NCBI GenBank assembly: GCA_018674955.1
Contig: JABGZB010000140.1
Location: 1-43,268 of the forward strand
Reading direction: 5' to 3'
DNA: 43,268 nt
Origin: Verrucomicrobiota bacterium
Lineage (GTDB): Bacteria; Verrucomicrobiota; Verrucomicrobiia; Limisphaerales; UBA1096
This document shows positions 37,152-43,268 of the stretch, one piece after another. The notes beneath the pieces were generated by a model. That model was not told where the DNA came from, ran no database searches, and saw only the letters and a program-made list of their open reading frames with translations. The stretch's first letter is position 1, and every line of letters starts with the position of its first letter. The position numbers and the translations under genes were made by a program.

Positions 37152-40100
37152 TTACTCGTTCACTGCGCGGCCGTACTGCATCGCCTCGCTGGCAGGGATA
37201 ATCTGCGGACTCACCGCTCCCTCAACATCGGCCCACGGACCGTTGACGGTCGCCGCTCCTTGCAGTTTGCCCTCATACGTCACGGTCACCGTGCCGTCAC
37301 CGTTATTCACGATGCTCAACGCAGGCGCAGTCGGCTCGGCGATCTCTCCAGGTTCTACGAAATCCGGAATAGTCACGGATGCCTTTGTTACATCGGATCC
37401 AGCAATACCTTTTTCGTAGATTGACTCGATCTCCTCAGCACTTCTTGAGGTGTGCCACAAGGCTAAATCATCAAGAGTTCCAGAGAATGCCTGAGGGTTT
37501 GCTTCATCCATTGCAAAGTAAGGATCTTCACCTTCCTCCTGAACCAATGTGAGGTTCGCGCCAATAGCCAACCAGTCCTCCGTTGATCCATTAATTCTAT
37601 CCAAATAATCGGCCACTCCGATTAATTTGCCATTCTTGTATAACCTTAGCTGACCTCCATCTACAGTCAGTGCAACATGAACCCACTCGTCTAGAGCTAG
37701 CGCTTCGGTGTCGACTATGTTCATCACATTGGGTCCTGCTGAAATGGCACAGCCCAAAACCGGCTCTCCATCGAGATTGTTCGTTATTGTAATTTGAAAC
37801 TGGTTTTCAGTTACAATACTAACGGCTGATCCATTTCTCACAACAACGGCCGATTCACCATCTATTCCCGGAGTATTTAACCAAAGAGAAACCGTTCCGT
37901 TGTCATTGATCTTGGGATAATTATCCAAAACTCCGAAAGCGTAAGTCTCACTTTCAGCGCCATTAATCAGTATTCCGTTCCCGACAAGTCCTTCCGCACC
38001 AATTGGCTCCTCGTTCGGGTCACCGTAATCATCATAAATAGTTGCTGTATCAGTACCCGAACCAGAATTTGAACTCGTTGTTCCACTGGTTTCGTCGAAC
38101 TTCAGGTGAACAACCAAGTCATCTGACATCGTGGCTCCACTGGAAACCATCGAAAGTTTAGCTTTTGATGTGATAACGCTCCCCGCTTCATTAAAAATAG
38201 CCAAACTATAAAAGCCCTCTTCGGCTTCCGATAGACCATTGACAACTATAGTCCCTGTCGTTGCGCCACTAATTTTTCCGCCATCAGGGATGGCAGCACC
38301 GTTCTTAAGCCACTGGTAGGTCAACCCCTCGCCAGTTGCTGCAACTGAGATCGAAGCTGCACTTCCCTCCTGAGCGATAGTTGGTGTCGGATTAGACGTG
38401 ACTGAGGGGGGATCGATTGACAATGCCGGATTATTCAAGATCAACTGAACAGCATTGACAGCAACACCCCTATCAAAACCAGTTGTTGTTGTGCCCCACT
38501 CAAGCCGAACATAACCTTCAACTGGTTTTACATTATCAAATCTCACATAGTTTGATAGTGTCCTATTGTTTGAATCTTCACTCGAGCCACGGAAAAACCG
38601 CTGAATGGGATTATATTGATCCGCATTCATCTGATCGGTGTAAATTACGCGATCTGAGTCCTCCTCTTCCCCTACAACCTTGTAGTATTGGTTTTGAAAC
38701 TGAAGTGGAATTCCGACCGTATAGACGATCAGGGTGTGATTTCCATCTGGAATCTCCTGGAATTCTATATGCGAATCGCCTCCCCGCCCTACCAGTGTTC
38801 CATTAAGTAATCTCTGAGTCGGATTTGCATCACCTGTTCCAGCACCCCAATTGCCCGCAGAAGCAAAATCGACTGTAATTTCATAGTCTTCAACTCCCAA
38901 GGCATCTTTACCAAGACTATCCAGCAGCACCTCCTCATTATTTCCGGTATTGTTCGCAATATTATTCCAATATGCCTGAAGCTGAACTCCAGCTATATCT
39001 GTCGGAATTGAGGCAGTTGGAGCACCATTGGCACCTCCACCATTAAAGTTAAGACCGATGCTAACCGGGTGAGCGCTCGGATCATGGATGGTCGCCACTA
39101 CCTCACTACTCATTTCACATCCCACTATCTGAACGGAATACTTGTCAGATGCATTTCCTGCATTAACCGCTTCAGTTGTGTAACTGGTCGAAACCGCCCC
39201 AGCAATTGCCTCTCCATTCTTGTGCCACTGCAGCGGCCATGGACCGTTAACTTCAACCAAGAACGTGGCCGGTTCACCGTCCAGTACAAAAGCGTTAACC
39301 GGTTGCCGCTTGAATGCGGCCAAATCGCAATCAACAGTTGTTGTGGCTGCTAAAAACTCCACCTCAGCGATTTGCATACAGCAAGTGCTCGGCCCTTGCG
39401 TATCTACTGCAGTCCACCTGTAACTGGTGTAAGATTTGTCGTTTGCAAAATAAAATTCTTGGTTTGTGAAACGATCTTCAATTGCTGGAATGTCATCAAT
39501 CTGGATAATCTGTGTCCAGCTAGCACCGTCATCCCAACCAGAAACAACATCATTTGTTCCCTCAATTAATAGGACCTTTACATCTCTGTCAGGTCCATCA
39601 TTTGCGGTCTGCATAGATACTCCTGTAATTGTCGTAGCGCCAATTCCTGGAGTAACCACAAAACCTGAGGGAACACTATTCTTCCCATCAAAGTTCAAGT
39701 ATTTTGTGGGTTGGCCATCGATTGCGTTTGCAACACCCTCAGAACCGGGGCTGTTAGCTGAACTTGCGAATACTGCATCACCTGGTGATGTAACATCCTT
39801 TGGAGCAGCTCCACCCAGCAGTTCTACTTCTGCGATCTGCATACAGCAGGTACTCGGCCCCTGCGTGTCAACCGCTATCCACCTGTAATGCTTGAAAGCC
39901 CAAACATTATCAAACATGAGCACTTGAGACTGAAAACGACCCGTGTAAGCAGGAACATTCATCTCTGTGATCAATTGCCAATTCCCAGAATCGTAGTCTG
40001 CAATTTCGTTATCATTGGATCCCTCAATCCTAACAACTTTCACATCACGATCCGGGCCATCGTTTGCTGATTGCATATGCACACCAGTAATAACAGTCTT

Positions 40101-41264
40101 TCCAATCGAAGGGGTCACTACGAAACCGGATGGCACACTGTTTTTACCGTCAAAATTCAAATACTTCGTCGGCTGTCCATCGATCGCATTAGCTACGCCT
40201 TCAGAACCCGGACTATTGGCAGAAGATGCAATCAAGGCATCTCCAGGGCTTGTGACATCAGACGGAGGAACCGCCCCAAGTAGTTCGACCTCAGCGATCT
40301 GCAAGCAGCAAGTACTAGGTCCTTGTGTATCCAATACAACCCAACGGTAGTGTTTAAATGCTCGATCATTTTCAAAAAACAATTCTTTTGTTTGAAAACG
40401 ACCTGTCCATGCAGGGATATCATCTATTTGAGTGATTAACTGCCAATTACCCTCATCATATGCTGTTATCTCATTGTCATTGGACCCTTCAAGTGTAATC
40501 GACTTCGGGTCCCGATCTGGGCCATCATTTGCTGACTGCAAGGCCATTCCTGTCACATAGGTCATACCCAGTGAAGGTGTAACAACAAATCCTGATGGTT
40601 GACTGTCTTTACCATCAAAATTCAAATACTTGGTTGGTTGCCCATCAATTGCATTGGCAACCCCTTCAGAACCCGGACTATTTGCCGAAGATGCTATGAT
40701 AGCATCACCTGGCTGCGTTACATCAGTCGGCCCAGAGTAAACACTTCCCAAAAAGCCAACCTCTGCGATTTGCATACAACAAGTACTTGGGCCCTGAGTA
40801 TCGACCACCGTCCAGCGGTAGTGCATGAAACCTTTTTTATTCTCAAAACTAAACGTCTGAGTTGTAAAACGATCCTCAATTGCAGGGATATCATCTAACT
40901 GAACGATCAACTCCCAGTTACCTGCATCCCATGCGGTTGCCTCTGCATCATTAGCCCCTTCGAGTGTAACCACCTTGACATCACGATCCGGCCCATCATT
41001 CGCCGTCTGCATCGAAAGGCCAGTAACAAGTGTTTTGCCCAAAGAAGGGGAAACGATAAACCCAGAGGGGTTTCCATCTTTACCGTCAAAATTCAGGTAT
41101 TTTGTGGGTTTCCCATCAATTGCATTCGCTACACCCTCGGATCCGGGACTGTTTGCAGAAGAGGCAATGACCGGATCTCCCGGTTGGGCTACGCTCTGAG
41201 CGTAGGTGACAGAACTGGCAGCCAAAAAGCTGCTCACCAATACGGTTTGTAATAGACGTTTCAT
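37152..41264 (-). CDS. Large secreted adhesin-like protein: 4 x discoidin (F5/8 type C)-like domains, Ig-like domains, unknown central domain, LamG/concanavalin-like domain
   Basis: The track ORF is 1390 aa from 41324. Met at 41264 (MKRLLQTVLVSSFLAASSVTYAQS) gives a signal peptide. There are four ~155-aa repeats with ASSANSPGSEGVANAIDGxPTKYLNFDGK...ANDGPDRD...HYRW..VDTQGPSTCCMQIAEVE. Ig-like segments include LQWHKNGEAI and LTYQWLKNGAAIPDG. The LamG-like region is VVHLKFDETSG...WVHVALTVDGGQLRLYKNGKLIG...GTLDDLALWHTSRSAEEI. Confidence 0.8.
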   Translation of the reverse strand: MKRLLQTVLVSSFLAASSVTYAQSVAQPGDPVIASSANSPGSEGVANAIDGKPTKYLNFDGKDGNPSGFIVSPSLGKTLVTGLSMQTANDGPDRDVKVVTLEGANDAEATAWDAGNWELIVQLDDIPAIEDRFTTQTFSFENKKGFMHYRWTVVDTQGPSTCCMQIAEVGFLGSVYSGPTDVTQPGDAIIASSANSPGSEGVANAIDGQPTKYLNFDGKDSQPSGFVVTPSLGMTYVTGMALQSANDGPDRDPKSITLEGSNDNEITAYDEGNWQLITQIDDIPAWTGRFQTKELFFENDRAFKHYRWVVLDTQGPSTCCLQIAEVELLGAVPPSDVTSPGDALIASSANSPGSEGVANAIDGQPTKYLNFDGKNSVPSGFVVTPSIGKTVITGVHMQSANDGPDRDVKVVRIEGSNDNEIADYDSGNWQLITEMNVPAYTGRFQSQVLMFDNVWAFKHYRWIAVDTQGPSTCCMQIAEVELLGGAAPKDVTSPGDAVFASSANSPGSEGVANAIDGQPTKYLNFDGKNSVPSGFVVTPGIGATTITGVSMQTANDGPDRDVKVLLIEGTNDVVSGWDDGASWTQIIQIDDIPAIEDRFTNQEFYFANDKSYTSYRWTAVDTQGPSTCCMQIAEVEFLAATTTVDCDLAAFKRQPVNAFVLDGEPATFLVEVNGPWPLQWHKNGEAIAGAVSTSYTTEAVNAGNASDKYSVQIVGCEMSSEVVATIHDPSAHPVSIGLNFNGGGANGAPTASIPTDIAGVQLQAYWNNIANNTGNNEEVLLDSLGKDALGVEDYEITVDFASAGNWGAGTGDANPTQRLLNGTLVGRGGDSHIEFQEIPDGNHTLIVYTVGIPLQFQNQYYKVVGEEEDSDRVIYTDQMNADQYNPIQRFFRGSSEDSNNRTLSNYVRFDNVKPVEGYVRLEWGTTTTGFDRGVAVNAVQLILNNPALSIDPPSVTSNPTPTIAQEGSAASISVAATGEGLTYQWLKNGAAIPDGGKISGATTGTIVVNGLSEAEEGFYSLAIFNEAGSVITSKAKLSMVSSGATMSDDLVVHLKFDETSGTTSSNSGSGTDTATIYDDYGDPNEEPIGAEGLVGNGILINGAESETYAFGVLDNYPKINDNGTVSLWLNTPGIDGESAVVVRNGSAVSIVTENQFQITITNNLDGEPVLGCAISAGPNVMNIVDTEALALDEWVHVALTVDGGQLRLYKNGKLIGVADYLDRINGSTEDWLAIGANLTLVQEEGEDPYFAMDEANPQAFSGTLDDLALWHTSRSAEEIESIYEKGIAGSDVTKASVTIPDFVEPGEIAEPTAPALSIVNNGDGTVTVTYEGKLQGAATVNGPWADVEGAVSPQIIPASEAMQYGRAVNE
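39351..41186 (-). repeat. Intragenic tandem array of four ~465-bp coding repeats (discoidin-like domains)
   Basis: Units lie approximately at 40746..41186, 40275..40715, 39813..40250 and 39351..39788, on the minus strand. The conserved DNA blocks (for example GATYTGCAWRCARCAAGTRCT... encoding TCC(M/L)QIAEV) are clearly related but diverged, roughly 70-85% identical by eye. Confidence 0.85.
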
Positions 41265-41333
41265 GCTATTATTAATTAATAAAATAACTACACAGTTGGC
41301 AAAGAAGTTTTTACTTTGCAGCATGATATAGCT

Positions 41334-41460
41334 CAGTCAAGTGCTTTAATTAATAAAAAAAGAAGAATAAAGAGATGAAAAAAAGAAAAAACAACCTAAA
41401 ATGTGTAAATGAAGCACAGTCAAGTGCTTCAATTAATAAATAATAAGAATAAAAGAGGTG
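41334..41460. repeat. Two ~44-bp AT-rich direct repeats in the pilin/adhesin intergenic region; the second copy contains a perfect hairpin
   Basis: Copy 1 (41334..41377) is CAGTCAAGTGCTTTAATTAATAAAAAAAGAAGAATAAAGAGATG. Copy 2 (41417..41460) is CAGTCAAGTGCTTCAATTAATAAATAATAAGAATAAAAGAGGTG. They are 83 bp apart and about 80% identical. The hairpin GAAGCAC-AGTCAA-GTGCTTC lies at 41411..41430; on the minus strand its loop reads TTGACT. Confidence 0.7.
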
Positions 41461-41497
41461 CTTCTAAAACCTTTATAAAAGAAACACCGATCAAATT

Positions 41498-42229
41498 TTA
41501 TTGCATTGGTTTATGATTCTCATACCACGAGAGGTTTCTGTCGATGTAGTACTGGTTTTTGTACTCATAGTGAAGATCGGCAAAAGTTATGTTGTTGCCA
41601 CCTTTACTTTGCTTGTTCGGCCTGTTGTTTTTTCCCGAGTTGTGGCGGGCATAGCGTTCATTTGGAGGATTAGTCGTTTGCCCTGCTGGGTGTGGGCCAC
41701 TGGCATTGTAGACCCGCTCGTGATCCCAGAATGGTACGACCATGTAATTGGCACACGCAAATAAAAGGATCTTGTCCGGCACCGGTACTTGACTGATTTT
41801 CTTGTACTTGATGTTGGCCGGGCCAACCAGTTGCTCACTGGCACCATATGAAAAAACAATGTCCCGGGTCCTGTTTCCGATCTTGATGGTTCTTTTCCGG
41901 AAGTCGAACGAATTGTGGGATCCTTCAACATCGGCGGGATCGCTGAACAAATCCATGGTACTGAGATAGCCCACCTCGTGCATAATAACCAACCAGTTGG
42001 CGTGCTGCTGTGTAGAACCAGCTAATGAGAGAGGGAACTTTCCTTCAAAATCCTCTGCATACATTGCCATAGTCAGGCCAAGTTGTTTTTGGTTGCTCAT
42101 GCAGACCGTTTGTCGGGCTTTGCTCTTGGCCCTGCCCAGGGCGGGAAGCAGTAGGCTGGCCAGGATGGCAATGATGGCGATGACAACCAACAGTTCGATG
42201 AGGGTGAATCCAGTTTGCTTCGTTTTCAT
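41498..42229 (-). CDS. Prepilin-type N-terminal cleavage/methylation domain protein (type II secretion pseudopilin-like, PVC family)
   Basis: 243-aa ORF. The N-terminus [38 protein letters not shown] is the canonical prepilin leader plus hydrophobic helix. The C-terminal RHNSG...[11 protein letters not shown] resembles the H-X9-DG-type end of this family. Confidence 0.88.
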   Translation of the reverse strand: MKTKQTGFTLIELLVVIAIIAILASLLLPALGRAKSKARQTVCMSNQKQLGLTMAMYAEDFEGKFPLSLAGSTQQHANWLVIMHEVGYLSTMDLFSDPADVEGSHNSFDFRKRTIKIGNRTRDIVFSYGASEQLVGPANIKYKKISQVPVPDKILLFACANYMVVPFWDHERVYNASGPHPAGQTTNPPNERYARHNSGKNNRPNKQSKGGNNITFADLHYEYKNQYYIDRNLSWYENHKPMQ

Positions 42230-42321
42230 AGCACTAACTTTCGATGTGTTGACTGAAAAGACGTAATTAGTGATTGAAGGGTTACGCCAGTCAAGGTCTT
42301 AAACAAGAAATGGGTTCATGT

Positions 42322-43268
42322 TTAATAGTTGATCCTCACCTCACGCGTGCCCTTCTTTATTTCATGGGTCAGAATCTTGCCGTCGGGTTTCTGTATCCAA
42401 ACGGATTCAACCGGCCGAATTGCGTGTAACACTTGAACGGAACTACCCTGTGAACGGTAGCCGCTGCTGCCAGTGATTTGGCGAGCCGACCCCATCCCAT
42501 CATGATATTTCAACCTCAAAACAGATCCTATTCCATGGGCATTCCCAGCCGTCGCCTGAACAACCACACGCAATCCTATTTTTTCGATTTGTTAAGGAGC
42601 AGAGCGGTCTTTCCGTTGTTCCGTGTGACGACAAGATCACTCATTCCATCGCGGTCGAAATCTCCTGAAGCTGCGGCTCTTTGGTCACCGGCAAGATTGA
42701 TTCCACTCCGCCCAGATTCCAAAACTGTGAAGTTTTCCGTCCCGTGACCCTTCAGGAGAACGCCCCTGGATGCATCCAACCGATCACCCTGCACTCGTGT
42801 CGGAAAAAAGTTCTGCGCGAGGAACAGATCCTCAAAGCCATCCCCGTCAAAATCGTCAACAACAATGCCATGAGTGGGTGCCCACTGGGCAGCATCCGGC
42901 AAGTTTGCCATTCTGAAACGATTCCCCTCATTGATGAACACGCAGGAATACAATGTTTGCGCAGAGAGCACCCTCGCCTTTGATTGGGTGTCTCCAATCA
43001 CTTGGGCGACACTTGCCCGACTGAACTGCCTGAAACTCTTGAATCGCGAATATAGGAAAGGCATGGGGCCGGCCAAATCCTTGAACGTCCGAACTGGAAC
43101 AAGCACTCCGGCATTATAATCACTTTCGATGAGCTCGTTGGTTCCGTCCTGATTAATATCACCGAAAACAAGATTCAAGGGCTTCTCCGAGGTCGACTTG
43201 TAAGGACTGTTCAAACCCCAGTTCCCGGCAACCAAGTCTATTCTGCCATCTCCATTGATATCTCCAAC
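42322..43268 (-). pseudogene. FG-GAP/VCBS repeat + UnbV_ASPIC C-terminal domain protein (CRTAC1-like), frameshifted; 5' end beyond window
   Basis: The upstream part is open from the right edge (VGDINGDGRIDLVAGNWG..., DINQDGTNELI, DDFDGDGFEDLF, GDFDRDGMSDLVV) and ends at TAG 42576..42578, right after an A6 run (plus strand T6 at 42579..42584). The UnbV_ASPIC-like end (RVVVQATAGNAHGIGSVLRL...GSSGYRSQGSS...VWIQKPDG) continues in another frame (42322..42573). Adding one A restores a single ORF: ...LLLNKSKKIGLRVVVQATAGN.... Confidence 0.7.

Noticed and set aside
39351-41186. A regularly spaced ~465-bp repeat array, which might have been a CRISPR or satellite array.
   Set aside because: The period is far too long. 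The repeats are diverged and lie in one continuous ORF that encodes four discoidin-like domains. There is no spacer/repeat structure and there are no cas genes.
41375-41443. A 22-codon plus-strand ORF (MKKRKNNLKCVNEAQSSASINK) preceded by an AAAGAG purine tract in the AT-rich intergenic region.
   Set aside because: It is very short and sits in AT-rich, Lys-codon-rich DNA where such ORFs arise by chance. Nothing in the window indicates conservation or function, and it overlaps the repeat/hairpin element, which is the more parsimonious feature.
1-43268. tRNA, rRNA, riboswitch or other structured RNA genes in the larger intergenic gaps (9852..10305, 17414..17645, 21991..22151, 36871..37151, 42230..42321).
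   Set aside because: I could not see a cloverleaf-compatible acceptor/T-arm pairing or a conserved riboswitch core by eye. Covariance-model scans (tRNAscan-SE, Infernal/Rfam) are needed to exclude them properly.

Overview
This 43.3-kb window looks like a PVC-superphylum genome, most likely a marine Verrucomicrobiota-like organism. That assignment is inferred from gene content, not proven. The window is dominated by 14 Cys-type (CxPxR) sulfatase genes, one cut by the left edge, arranged in alternating-strand operon-like blocks. Between them lie two paralogous ~1000-1100 aa beta-propeller 'membrane-bound dehydrogenase'/HEAT-repeat proteins with different C-terminal electron-transfer modules, one an azurin-like cupredoxin and the other a CxxCH cytochrome c. 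Other genes include a nitroreductase that overlaps the cytochrome-c paralogue by 13 nt, a BNR/sialidase-like propeller protein, a DUF1080 + sialate-O-acetylesterase-like + SGNH-like fusion, and a DUF1592/DUF1552 pair. A lower-GC stretch (10.2-13.7 kb) has three unrelated genes, each followed by a decayed copy of the same gene 3' end. The right end (37.1-42.3 kb) is a visibly lower-GC segment encoding a prepilin-type pseudopilin and a ~1370-aa secreted adhesin-like protein with four tandem discoidin-like repeats. It is followed by an ASPIC/UnbV FG-GAP gene broken at an A6 homopolymer. I recognised no rRNA, tRNA, CRISPR, transposase or integrase. The strongest signals not explained by genes are: (i) a highly iterated palindrome TTGGCCAA (24 hand-counted copies against fewer than 1 expected; extended consensus GCTTGGCCAAGC), which occurs in three reading frames and in intergenic DNA but not in the low-GC right end; (ii) the repeated gene-end relics that bracket unrelated genes; (iii) a gene repertoire of sulfatases, dehydrogenases wired to redox carriers and DUF1080, with no recognisable glycoside hydrolase, which suggests an oxidative route for sulfated-glycan breakdown. 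All counts and coordinates were derived by hand and should be recomputed.
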